DNA of 64,000 nucleotides. Source: Octopus sinensis (lineage: Eukaryota). The stretch is taken from assembly GCF_006345805.1 (NCBI RefSeq), contig NC_042999.1, positions 81,902,001-81,966,000 on the forward strand, read 5' to 3'. A program made the position numbers and the translations under genes. Under the pieces are notes generated by a model. The model ran no database searches. It was not told the origin of the DNA and saw only the letters and a list, made by a program, of their open reading frames with translations. Positions 38,200-51,307 of the stretch are shown piece by piece; the stretch's first letter is position 1, and each line of letters begins with the position of its first letter.

Positions 38200-40385
38200 A
38201 TTATACAAGGGGAGCCAGGAAATTATGACAATCAAGGTTAAATTCAAGAAGTGTTATTAAAGCGATAAATTCAAAACACTGCCATTTATCAGACATAGAA
38301 CTGGAATTATGAACTGGAGAAAAGGCGAAGTGCAGAAACAATTAAAAATTCTTCAGTTCCAAACCTCTCTCCGGAAAAAATCGCAGCTTCACCCTATTTG
38401 CTGTCGATAAGTAAATCTCTTATCTACCGAAGAGGTTTACGAAAATTCGTCAGTCGGAGTGTGTGCTATCACTGATAACCAATACATCTAAACTTAGTAA
38501 CCTGAGGTCATTGAGTAGGTGGCCCTGTTTCCAAGGCATTTATTTTGTATATTCTCACAAACAAACACGGCAAGGCCGTGTTTGTTAGTGAGATGTAGAA
38601 TAAAATGAATCAGTTACCGTATTTTTATGGAGAGTCAGATGTTCTGTCCTGGCTATATATGAGTGTCTCTAGAAATTCTTTGTACAGCCCTTTTTATAGG
38701 CCCATGGAAATCTCATATCCTTTTGGGATATTTTGTTTCCAGTTTGTTACTTCTTGCGTTGAATTTATAATTTTTATGTGAATGAGGGTGAAGAGGGGAT
38801 GTATTCATTTAGAGTGATATCTGTGAATTTTAAAGATTTTATTAACTTGTTTTTTCTTGTGCCTATGGCCGTGTAATTAAGGATGCTTTGTGGGTGCTGT
38901 TCATGTTGTTGGCCTGGATTGCTATGTGTTTTCGTTTGTTGAGGTGTTTGTGACATTGTTAGTATTTGTAATGTTAGACTTGTTTGTAGTTGCGTTTTTG
39001 TAGGGTCGATGGATGTCTGATGGTTTGTTGGTGTGTGTGTCTCCTCCTCTAATCTCTTTGTTTTTAGTCTCGTATCGCACTTTTTTAAATTTTTGTTTCC
39101 TCTTTTCTTTCAGCAGGATCCTCTCTGGTGGGTTTCCAAGCTAGTTTTCCTCACTAGACAGGTTTTCGCAATCGGAAAATTCAGTGTGACTAGGGATTAG
39201 AATATCTGCACCGTCACACACTTCTAAGTTGTTGGTGAGGTCGACTGGTGGGAGTGAGATTTCTGTCTGTTGCGAAAGTGTAGGTGTTGTTATTGTTTCT
39301 CTGATGTGTGGTACCCGTTATGGCTTCTGATAGTGTTCAATGGATCTCTCCTACAGCACTTTCTTTTTCGGCTTTGAATACTGCTGCTCTTGACATTGAC
39401 GCTGTTGGTTTTCTTTTTGCTGGGGCTACAGCTGTTGTTTTTGTTGCGTTAGAAGTGTCTGTAACAGCGGTATCTTCTTGTTTTCTTTGCATGTGGCACA
39501 AAACCTTTAAATGATTTCGTTACGAACGTCGAACCTCAGCTTTCTTCTTTCTACCGTGTTCAGTTTGGGAGGTTTATCAGATTAGTGATGACTTTGATAG
39601 TAATCATATCGATCTCTAACCGCAATTCTATGCCAGTGCCTGACCAATTCTCCTTTCCAATTTTATGAACTTGCAAATATTTTTGGTATTGTTTTCAATG
39701 CTGTATAGTACAGCTGTCGCTAGTAAAAGGATATCCACTTCCGGTAGCACCTTTATTTTGACAATCCTCCAACCGAGGAATGTCGGAATTAGCCATAATC
39801 CCTCACTTTTGATGGTTGTAATGACATTTTCTTGGGCTTAATGTGTTGTTGCACTTCTTCTAGTGTCTTGTTAAGGAAGATTGTTCTACCGTTCTTTGTA
39901 AACTGCAGCTTAACGTCACTCAACAGTTTTCTTTATATCGACTTATTTTCATTTTTCGACGAGCTTGTGCGAAATTGTTCCCATTCTGTTTTAAAAAAGA
40001 ATGTCAGCTGTTGTCATTTTATGAATGTTTGTGTTAGTCGTAGCGGCGGTGGTGCTGGTGGTGCTGGTGGTCAGTTTGGTATTGTGGACGGTGGTGGTTG
40101 TCATGCTTGCATCACATAAGAGTGTGACTTGCTAGTCGCTGCTCCTGATGCTTCTATTGCTGTAGTTGTTTCCGTCTGTTGCTGTTTTGTTGTTACTGAT
40201 GCTGTTGTTGTTGTTTAGCAACAAGACGGGTAAGGGTGATTAGGTGATGGTCTAGGACTTAGGGGTGGGAGACCTCAGACCTTGGAAGAAAAAAACATAG
40301 CTCGTCTTGTTGTATTCGAGGGTTTTTCGTTGACAACCGACACCACTGGGAGGTGGCCCTCGAAGTCGCTGGAAATGGAGATCCC
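38200..40385 (-). mobile_element. Degenerate L1/Tx1-like LINE 5' part (5' region, ORF1 remnant, start of APE endonuclease)
   Basis: Minus strand about 38560-38300 gives WKQGHLLNDLRLLSLDVLVISD..RIFVNLFGR.EIYLS, resembling an APE N-terminus; 39500-39900 gives a broken ORF1-like frame (GWRIVKIKVLPEVD..WSGTGIELRLEID). Many stops. Confidence 0.5.
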
Positions 40386-40723
40386 CAGGTTCAAATTTTT
40401 GAACGGCTGTTACTGCTGCTACTGTCTCTGCTTCGTTTCTAGACCACCACAAATACAGGTGGGAAATAATGTGATAACAGCCATTCCGACAGCCATTGCT
40501 TTCCTCGATTTGGGAAGCCATATTGGTATATTTGTTTTAAAATGCTTAATTAGCAAATCAAAATCCCCAAATTCGCCTTGTAAAGAAAAATTTTCGCGAG
40601 ATAAATTCGCCCAACTTGTAGCGATCTGGTTTATTTAGTTAATGGTTCAAGAAAATTTGGAATAACAACTAATAAAATAACATATATTGACTCACTAAAA
40701 TGTGCCATCTTGTTGCAGACACA

Positions 40724-40739
40724 GATAATAATAATAATG

Positions 40740-40797
<58 letters not shown>

Positions 40798-40821
40798 TAG
40801 AGAGGGAGAGAGAGAGAGAGA
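40724..40821. repeat. (TAA)n followed by (GA)n
   Basis: Direct reading. Confidence 0.95.
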
Positions 40822-42268
40822 GAACAACAATATACCAAATGACAATGAAATCAAAGGTTTTGGAGTGACATCTGGAGCAAAGAGACGGAGCACAAGAAGG
40901 ATGCTGAATGGTTGCAAAAACTGAAACAAACAGTAGTTTGTCCAAAATAAGCAGAACTAGTCATTTCAGTTAGGGAAGTGAAGGAAATCAACAAAAAAAT
41001 GAGCAACTGGAAGGCCTCGGGACCAGACGGATTGCGAGCATACTGGATCAAAAGATTTGGCGAATGTCATGCCCGAAAAACTTCGTAACTCAACAACTTG
41101 TTAAATGTCGACCAAGTAATACCAGAATGGTTGTCAATGAGTAGGCCAGTGCTGTAGCTGAAAAACATCGAAAAAGGCAATTACAGGCCGATATCCTGTT
41201 TGCCACATAAGCAGAACGGTTGCAAGCGTAAGTGCAGAGGTACAAAGGATCAGTTCCTGATAGACAAAACTGTACTTAGAAACTTCAAGAGGAGGAAAAG
41301 TAACTTAGCCATGTCATGGATCGACTATCGTAAGGCGTACGATATGATCTCACATTGTTGGATATTGGAATGCATGAACCTATTTGGTATTGCATCTAAT
41401 GTTGAGCGATTGCTTGGAAAAAGTATGTCGAATTGGAGGATAGACCTGACAGCAAACAGAAGAAGTTTAGGAACAGTAGAAATTAGGAGGGGCATCTTCC
41501 AAGGGGACTGCCTGTCCACACTGGTCTTGTACTGTGATTGATACTACTACCACTAATACTGAGTAAAGCAAAAGCTGGATATGTATTCAGAAGCCGCCAA
41601 AAAAAATGTCAACCATTTGTTATTCATGGATGACCTCAAACTTCATGGTAAAGATGAATCCCAAGTCAGTTCCATCGTTGATATGATGTATACTTTCAGT
41701 GCTGATATCAGAAAGGAATTCAGACTGAGAAAGAGTGGTGTGTTAGTCTTGAAGAGAGACAAAATCAAATGTATGGACGGGCTAATGATACAATCGGGGT
41801 AGTTTATGAAGCAGATAGAAGAGACGGGCTATAAGTACTTGGGATTTTGGATATAGACAAATTGATCGAAAAACAAATGACAGAAAAATGAGAGAAACAA
41901 ATGACAGAAACAAGGTGTAATACTTGCGCAGACTGACACTGATCCTTAAGTCGAAATTAAACGGACGGAATAAGATCGGAGCTGTCAACACCTGGGCGGT
42001 TTCACTCCTTAGATATGGAGATTGGGTAATCGCATGGACAGTAGATTATCTGAACAGCTTACACAGAAAGACAAGGATGTTGCTAACTAGATATGGATCA
42101 CTTCACCCAAAAAGTGACGCAGGCAGACTATGCGTACCAAGAAAAACAGGGGGAAGTGAACTGATTGGATGCGTACACAGCATTAGAGCAGAGGAAAACA
42201 ACATAGCATGGTATGTGAAAAATGCCATAGAACCGCTATTATTAGAAGTAAGATCAGATAAAATGTAG
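40822..42268 (+). mobile_element. R4/Dong-clade non-LTR retrotransposon RT fragment, degenerate
   Basis: [121 protein letters not shown]; frameshifts and stops. Confidence 0.88.
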
Positions 42269-43169
42269 CCAAATACAACTTGCAAACATTAATACAATAT
42301 ATATAGAAAATTTTCCAATGGGAGAAAATCTTTCGATAGATACCCTTGCAGACACCATTAAGCAAACTCACGCGGTTAATAGTACTTTAAACAATGCCTC
42401 TGTTGCTGATGGTACAGATGTTGATGCTGATTATTATATATCGGCATTGTTTCGTCCATGTTTGAAGTGATTGCCATTCCTTTTTGCACATTCCTCGCGT
42501 CAGACTATATTAATCTCGTTTAGGTAATCACTTAAGTCGGACCACGAAATAATCCCCCACTGCAGAACAAGCCTTGTGGTTGCAATATACAAATGATGGC
42601 TTTGGTTCCTTGCTGAAATTTTGTTATTCTGGGCCACTTATTATTATTTTTTTTAAACTTTCAAATTTTAAGAAAGGTTCTTTTTATCAGCAACAAACAA
42701 AACATAATTGTTAGCCTCGTGGCACATATTTCTGGTAGTACTTCAGCCCGTTAACTATTTTTAAATTCGATATACGCGGGGCCTGACAAGTTAATATTCG
42801 AACGAAATCCTCCTGCTTAGCTTTTTATTTTTTCTACATTCTAATCTAATATCTACCGGGTTATATTTATAGCTACAGTCAATAAAAGCTTCCTTAAATT
42901 TTATATTATTCCCACATCCCTTTTAGGTGTCTTTAAACTTTCTATGCGACGGATTGTTCATTGATTCTGGCTGTGTACTTATATCTGCAGGTGAATGATT
43001 GTTATATTGGTGATGATGAATGTGATTTTGAATTCGCACATTAACTTAATGACATTCACGCTGTTATCGTTGATCATTTTGCTTAATATGTATCCTACAT
43101 CTGGTTTAACTGTTATTATGATGAAAATAATGAAGAAGTGGTGATAGAAGAGAAAGACGAGAATAACAA

Positions 43170-43600
43170 GAAAAGAAACGGTAGTCATGATAATAATGAG
43201 AAAAATGATAATGAAGCAGCTGCTATGGTTGATCGTGAAATGTAACTTTGTGACAAAATGGGCGACGGTGCTGCTGATTATGGTGGTGTTTCTGATAACT
43301 GTGATATGACAGTGTTGACGATGGTTATGATAAAATGCTGATGATGACGATGATGGCGATTACATCAGCCAGAATGAGTAGTTTTCGACTATTGTTGCAA
43401 GTGAAGATGCTGATAATAATGATGGTCGTGTTGGTGGTGGTAAGAGTGGTGGATGTAATAGCAGCGGAGTGGTGTTTGGTGACTATGACGACGACGATGA
43501 TGACGATGACGGTGATAATAAAGACAATGACGAAGACGACGATGACGATGGTGGTGGTGAATGTAAAGTTATTGATGATGATAGCAGACAACGGCGAGGA
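43170..43600. repeat. Degenerate (GAT/GGT/GAC)n low-complexity tract
   Basis: Direct reading. Confidence 0.85.
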
Positions 43601-44077
43601 ATACGATTGGGGTCGACGTCTCTAAAATTTCTTTCAGAATATTATGTCACGTCTAGCCCTGTGAAATTTGAAGGTAGATAAGAGACAGCTGCAGGCCAGA
43701 TATATCGTTAAAAGACACTCACAACATTACTTGCAACACGTCTTCCTATTAATGAAAGTCATTGCGCTATGAGCACAATATTAACTATAGAAATTGTTGA
43801 GCCATGACATAATCGCGGGGACATTGGTCAGACAAAAAACATCAACGAACAACAGCTGACAGATTTTCATTCGATATAATTAAAGTCTGAGTTCGTGGAT
43901 TTCTTGGGTGTAAACACATACACAATCACGTGTGCAGTGCACGCACAAGTGCACATGTTTTCATATATATTTATGTATTCTTTGTCCATACAAACGCAGA
44001 CTGTTACACACACACACGCACTCACACACGTGTATTGGTGTATATACGTGTGTGTTTGTGTCTCTGTATATATAAAT

Positions 44078-44161
<84 letters not shown>

Positions 44162-45260
44162 GGAGAGAGAGAGTGTGTGTGTGTGTACTATGACCAGTTC
44201 ATTGGGTTACCCAGGGCTTCGCGTCGTAAAGCGCTTAACTTTATATACGTCTCGGCAGACCCTAATGGCCAGTGGCCTATAACCTCTCTTCAAAATCGAG
44301 GTCAAAAAGGACGCATGGCTAGTTTTTGAACACACAAAGAAGAAAGGTCAAGTGCAAAGGATTGTCTCCCTTAGAACCCTATCCGGAATCGACCCTGTCA
44401 ACTTGCGGGTCCCAGGATTTCAGTAGGAATCGCCAGAAATGTAAGAAGTGTCCAAAAGACTTCTGTCATGGAATTTAAGATGTTCCCCAGCACGAGGGAG
44501 TACTTCAATATTTTTTCCCTTTCGGTTATGCAGAGCTGGTAACTTTTGCTCTCGTTGATGTAGAGGCCCGGTTTTTCTAGGATTATTTGTTGGGTCCCTT
44601 CGCCCTTCAGGCGTCACACAAAGAAACTCCATACATTATTATACTTCTGATTGTAGTCATCGCTTGTCCCAAGAGTGAAGCATCATCGCAAAGAATATGA
44701 AATAACTTCAATGCATAATATAGAAAATAATTAACAAAAATAGGAATGTCATTACGCTATGAAAATATTTTTTTCCAGTATGGGTTAGAAATCCTATTAC
44801 ATTACAAAGATAAAAGACAAATTGATAAATTTGAAGAAAGGGAATGTAAAATTTTACATCAGATAAAATATCTTATCCAACAATAGCACATTCACATTAA
44901 CAAGTACATTGCAATAAATAAGAATAATGTACAATCACAAAAATATTAAGATTACATACGATAAATAAGATTCCATCACGTAGGTACTCCACTTTACTCT
45001 GAAAACTACTCTGCATTATCCCTGCGTACTATTACCAAGTATCGTCTCCCAGTTCTCTCACCAATACATGTCCCAGTAAAATAAATACATTTTCAGAATA
45101 GTCAGCTGCATTTCCTAAAATTCAATGGAGCGTAGCATTTCACGACCTATTTCTACATCATTACAGTTTTCCATGAATAATTTAAATGGCTTGCGATGAA
45201 AAGATTTGTTCTATACCTCTGGACGACGTTCACCATATAATGTATTTTATGATAATTAAT

Positions 45261-45416
45261 AGGCGCAGGAATGGCTGTGTGGTAAGTAGCTTGTTTACCA
45301 ACCACATGTTTCCGGGTTCAGTCCCACTGCGTGGCACTTTGGGTAAGTGTCTTCTACTACAGCCTCGGGCCGACCGAGTGGATTTGGTAGACGGAAATTG
45401 AAAGAAACCCGTCGTA

Positions 45417-45470
<54 letters not shown>

Positions 45471-45683
45471 TGTGTGTGTTTGTGTGTCTGTGTTTGTCCC
45501 CCTAGCATTGCTTGATAACCGATGCTAGTGTATTTATGTCTCTGTTACTTAGTGGTTCGGCAAAAGAGAATGATAGAATAAGTACTGGGCTTATAAAAGA
45601 ATAAGTCCCGGGGTCGAGTTGCTTGATTAAAGGCGGTACTCCAGCATGGCCGCAGTCAAATGACTGAAACAAGTAAAAAAAAA
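45261..45683 (+). mobile_element. Full-length SINE family A (reference copy in this window)
   Basis: A-box-like TGGCTGTGTGG, B-box-like GGTTCAGTCCC, central (TA)n(TG)n, 3' part ending CAGCATGGCCGCAGTCAAATGACTGAAACAAGTAAAAAAAAA. Confidence 0.94.
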
Positions 45684-46289
45684 GGCAGTGGAGACTACTC
45701 GATTTCCCCCACCATAAGAAAGTGGTGAATCGGTTCACAATAGACCCAGTTGAAATTCAGTTTCACGTTTAACATCTGTTTCACATGAACCCACAAATCA
45801 GTGGTATACACACACACAGAATAACACTTGCACTATTATTCTGTTGCTCTTCGTGCAGGGTCAGTTCAGTTGTATCCGGCTCTAATATTAATATAATTGA
45901 CGAATTTCTTTACATTTGAACCGACAGTATAACGTCTCAAATATAGGTTTCAAAATAAAATACCAACAACAATGAAATATACAAGACTATATACTTACTG
46001 AAACGCAACGTGAACATTAATAATGTAAATCTAATAAACTATGCAGTATCCATGGTAGTCATGAAGTAAGTTTAGCTCCATCTGTGTGCAAATATTTAAG
46101 AAAAATAGGTAAACTAGAGTGAACAAAAAGAATAACCAAATAAAAAAAACACGATTAAAGCAAAGGTCGCTTATGAAATAAACAAACGGTGTGAGAAATA
46201 GGGAAGCAAATAAATGCGAAAGATAGATAACTAGAGAGGGAGAGAGAGAGAGTAAAAGTGTTCTGTTACGACAAAATTTTTCAAAACAA

Positions 46290-46400
46290 AGTTATTATTT
46301 GAATGACAAGAGCAGGGAAGAACATCGAGATTTTGGAGATAGACTTGACAAGCACCTTCGAAGTATTAATACGGCAACCTTTTGCCTGAAATATATATGA
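46290..46400 (+). mobile_element. Possible Penelope GIY-YIG endonuclease remnant
   Basis: YYLNDKSREEHRDFGDRLDKHLRSIN resembles the Penelope-type R.LGDRF.EHLRSI segment; short match only. Confidence 0.3.
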
Positions 46401-48007
46401 AGTACATACGGAGAGCAGGTAAACATATTTAACAGAAACAATTTTAGAATGTAAAGCTAATGAATAACCAAACATCCCTAAACTACAGGCATTTAGCCTT
46501 TGTGCCTTCATACATTACAGAGTTCAACTCTCCGAAGGATAGAAGATGTAGTGAAGACTACCATAAACTTGTAAATATCAATTACTGTTCTACAAAATGA
46601 TAATATTTAATATTCCAGCTAGGTGTGAGCAAAGAGTGGTTTGAATTTTAGACGATTTTCTTCTTTGCTATCTTCAAATCAGTGGATTCCGGCAACATTA
46701 GCTATTAGTTAGAACCAATGTCCAGATGGTACATCATTAAATATATTGTTTTGTAGACATGAAGAACAGGAGAGATTATCATATCAACAAAACCCACACC
46801 TACTTCAAGAGATTTATTACGCTCTTATTTTAGTGTTAATGACTTCAATAAACAGCCAGGACTATTACAAACGTGTATGGAGACCAGCAGCTATTCTTTA
46901 TATATAGCTTCAATGAATAAAGATCTTTCAATGATTGGATCAAAGAAGTGAAGAAAAAGCTGCTTTAGGCATGGTCTTATGAGGCCCATCAAGCTGGGTA
47001 ATGGGTTGCTACTGCAGATGAATAACAACTCGAAGGAAGCAAGTTTGCGTATATTGTACAAATTCATCAGTGTAATAGCATGAAATAATGTTTAAACAAA
47101 ATGCTCCAAGGTAAGCTTGAATAGAGGAGAATAAATGGAGAAAACAACTAATCTCTTATTAGATAAAGAAACGTACATAAAAAGTTATTAGAGCATTCAC
47201 AATCTAACGAATATTTATAAATTAATGACTGACCAGAATATAATGCATTCTAATGAAAGAGTTGCGCAGGGTTATTGTGTAGACATTTTATATTAATACT
47301 TTAAAAAGGGATTAATGCCAAATATAAGGTAATCGGTATGAATATTTTAGCAGTTTCAGTAACAACTTATAATTATGTTATTCTCAACAGAACGCTAAAT
47401 ATATTAGGAGACTAGACATAAAACAATGAATACATTTAGAAGGTAATATTCTAAAGCCTAGTCAGAGAGATTATAGTTACCTTGAATACAGAGAGTGCCT
47501 GCTGAAAATCAACTCATAGCCATAAAACATCTACTGCAGAATTGTCAAAAAATAATATTGGAAATGCAACACAGAGAGATACAATAGGTTCATGAAAGAA
47601 AAAGTATTTTTTTATCAATAAATGCACCACACATGAAAGGGAGGGTGCGATAAAAGTCTTCTGCTAAAAATAAATGGCTAAACTGAAAATGGGACAATAA
47701 ACTCTCATACAGTTTAGCAAAGCTACTCTACGTGACGTATCCAGAACTATTCGAAGAATACCTGAAAAATTGATGAGATGCAGGGGATTAAAATTATGAG
47801 TGAAATAATTTTGCAGCAGTGGATCAAAAAATTTCAACAACACACCCTTAAATGAATATAATTCATAAAGGTTTAAAAGGTAAATGCAGAATATTTGGAT
47901 GTTGGGAACAGGTAAATTGAGGTGTATAGATTCATTGGCTTTTCCGAATTTCTGATTCAATACGTCGGTGAAAATCCTGACAAATATCTCACCGTTTTTG
48001 ATATTAG

Positions 48008-48082
48008 AAAGAACTGAACTAAAACGGATGATCTCAAGGCAGTCCGACATTGTAATCATTCACAAATTTTCTGCCTTGGATT
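48008..48082 (+). CDS. Candidate 75-nt phase-1/1 exon
   Basis: ctcaccgtttttgatattag| ... |GTAAGT; single open frame RTELKRMISRQSDIVIIHKFSALD. Unrecognised and could be chance. Confidence 0.2.
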
Positions 48083-48312
48083 GTAAGTATTTTAACGCCT
48101 CCAAAAATATGAACTGCAAAAGGCTAATCTACAGGTTTGAATTAAATGTACTGTGAATAGAAATAAATAACCCAAGGCGATCTACGTAACTCTCTAACGG
48201 ATTTATCCATAGGTTAGCCGCCTAAAGATTTGAGTTCATAGACGTAGCATCATGTATTCAAATTCTTGAAAGGGAACAGCGAGTTCCTTCACAAAGTGAG
48301 ACACTTCATTTC

Positions 48313-48402
48313 CCGTTGCTACGCTCAAGGCGACATCAAATTGGAACGATACAGAGTTTTGCAGAAAGACGCTGCGTAAATTCGAGAAGCGTATCATAAT
48401 TT
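48313..48402 (+). pseudogene. U6: U6 snRNA pseudogene with internal deletion
   Basis: Exact AAATTGGAACGATACAGAG (48338-48356, includes the ACAGAG box); 48361-48391 matches U6 GCGCAAGGATGACACGCAAATTCGTGAAGCG at 22/31, then TATCATAATTT approximates the 3' end. About 14 nt of the middle are missing and the 5' stem is degenerate. Confidence 0.85.
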
Positions 48403-48403
48403 C

Positions 48404-48730
48404 ATAGGCGAAGACGTAACTCCGAGAGTAAGAACTTTGCTTCAAACCTTTATGAGGTCTTGGATTTAGATCTATTGTGTGGTAAATTGGACAAATGTCT
48501 ACTAGTACTATAGCGACAGGTCCACCAGTGTCTTGCGAGTAAACTTGATAGAGGGAAACAGAAAGAACTCTGTCATGTCCACAGATATATATGGTGTGTC
48601 TTAAAGTGTGCGTATATATGTTTATATGGTTATCTTTGTGTTTGTCTCGTGTTTGTTTTCCACCATCACCACTTGGCAACCGGTGTTAGTTTGTTTACGT
48701 CCCTGAGAATTAGCAGTTCCGAAAAGAGAA
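48404..48730 (+). mobile_element. SINE family A, degenerate
   Basis: ATAGGCGAAGACG head, GTAAGAACTTTGCTTC, 3' half CCACCATCACCACTTGGCAACCGGTGTT...TTCCGAAAAGAGA aligns with 45261-45570. Confidence 0.7.
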
Positions 48731-48744
48731 AGAAACTATTATAA

Positions 48745-49406
48745 TCCTGACTTGTCCGTCGAAATTTACGATGGCGGCAGTGCACTTATTGAAGAAAATA
48801 AAAAAATACGAATATGAATGATATATAAGCAGAATCTTTTGGTTAAATTTGACAGTTTGCCTAAAAGGGAACTAAAACACAATATCCCATCAAAAACGTA
48901 AGCAGTTTTTAAAACATCAAAATATATGTACTAGATTATAACAGTTGGGTCACATTAGATGATATGAGCGTCCTCTGCAGTTGCAAAACGACTAATGACC
49001 GTAGTGCAAGCATTCTTCACTGTATCCCCAGGAAGATCCTCGAACACCTCCTTGATTTTGGCCACCAACGCGGCCTTGTTCTTGCAAGCAGAGCAGTTGG
49101 TGATTTTCTGAACCACAAGCCACATAAAGTAATCAGTACACTTAAAATCTGGGGAATTAGGTGACCAGAAATTATGCTGCTGAAGTCGCATAAATTCTCC
49201 GACAACCACTTCCGACACTTTCCGGAGATATCGCAAGTAGTCGAGTTCAGTTGCCACACTTATGGCCTTCCAAAGGCAATCTTTTCCAAACCGGGATTGG
49301 CCGGTTTTCATCAGCTTCATATAACCCGCAGAATGGAACCTAAGACTCTGTTCAACTATATGGGAATGAATCCTGGTGAAAGGATACGATCGCCACGCCT
49401 GTGATG
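48745..49406 (-). mobile_element. Tc1/mariner transposase C-terminal (catalytic region) fragment
   Basis: FWSPNSPDFKCTDYFMWLVVQK (degenerate WPPNSPDLNPLDY) and NKAALVAKIKEVFEDLPGDTVKNAC; truncated at the (TA)n that starts the tandem duplication. Left edge uncertain. Confidence 0.88.
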
Positions 49407-49409
49407 TCA

Positions 49410-49585
49410 CTTTATATATATATATATATATATATATACATAAATATATATTCATAAAAATATTAATATATATACGTGTGTGCATGCTGAAATATACATG
49501 TATATGTAGAGCTTATATATAAATGCATATGCGCATGTATGTACATGATGTACATGTATTTATAAATAAATACATGTATATATAT

Positions 49586-49628
<43 letters not shown>

Positions 49629-49644
49629 ACACACACACACATAT

Positions 49645-49711
<67 letters not shown>

Positions 49712-50926
49712 AGGATTCACAAAAAACAAAAGGCGAAGACAGTTGGTGTAGACAACAAACAGATGTATTAATATTACGCTAAGGAAGGTAAAATGTTTTT
49801 ACGCTCTTCCACAGAAAGGAACACAGAAAGAAACAAGGAGAGAAAATAAAGAATGTGTAGTGGCTAGCGATCTATTATGGTGAATGAATTTACATACACA
49901 TTTATATGCGTTTGTGTGTGTGTGTATGTGAGTGTGTATGTGTGCGTGTGTATGAAAATAAGTAAAGAAAGCATTAAAAAAGCTTCTAACTTGTGAGTGC
50001 ATCCTTAGAAATAGTCCTGTATGAACAAGACCTCCTGACCTTCACCATTTAAATATAAGAAAAACAACTGGGTAATGTGCCGACATCTGATACAGCAAAA
50101 AGAGTAAACTAATATATGCAGTACTCATGCACTTTGTGAAAGACTTTAGTGTTATATATTTAATGAAAACGCTTATATCGAAAATTGAAACCAGGATGAC
50201 ATTTCAGTACATGAATTATTTAATTTATTGCTCATAAGTCGCTAAACTTGATTTCTAATCATTTATTACAACTTTTTAATTTTCCCTAACGATTATATTT
50301 GAAACTGAGGCTTGAGTGAAAGTTATATGACGAATCAAACGAAAACAGAGAGAAAAACAAAAAAGACAAGCAGAAACAAATGAATGCTCCCGACCAAGCT
50401 TACAAAGTCTTTATTCAGTGAGGCAAACAACAGACTTATTAGACGAGAAACATTTATATTTGTCGATAGGTTAATTTTAAGCATAGATCGTATAAGGTCA
50501 AATCACAAATTAACGCCTCACCGAATTCTGCGCAGTTATTTGATGGACAGAAATTTCCATGAGGTATAGGGTTGTGTGGGAGAGATTCTTTTACACAGAT
50601 TTGCTCTCCCCCTCCACACAGAATAAGACTGCGTATGTAGGCGCTGCTGTGATCTTGTGCACGTGTGCTGTTATATGTGTGTGTGTGTGAGTGTGTGTGT
50701 GTGTGTATACACGTAGCAGCATGCGTACACAAGATCACAGCAGCGCCCAAAATATATGTATATACATATAAATATATATATTTATATATATGTGTACACA
50801 CAGTCACACCCACATATGTATATGTATATAACCTACATATACATACATATACATTTATGTATAAAATTTGTATATATGTATTCTATATATTTTGCATATA
50901 TTCAGACATATATGTGCGTATATATG

Positions 50927-50958
<32 letters not shown>

Positions 50959-50960
50959 CC

Positions 50961-50991
<31 letters not shown>

Positions 50992-51033
50992 ATGTGTAAA
51001 ATGTATATGCATAAATATATATAATATATATAT

Positions 51034-51077
<44 letters not shown>

Positions 51078-51246
51078 AATATATATTCATAAAAATATTA
51101 ATATATATACGTGTGTGCATGCTGAAATATACATGTATATGTAGAGCTTATATATAAATGCATATGCGCATGTATGTACATGATGTACATGTATTTATAA
51201 ATAAATACATGTATATATATACATACACACACACACACACACACAC

Positions 51247-51307
<61 letters not shown>

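Noticed and set aside
1645-48730. SINE heads as tRNA genes
   Set aside because: They have A/B-box-like motifs but no full cloverleaf, and run into repeated SINE bodies; no genuine tRNA or rRNA gene was seen.
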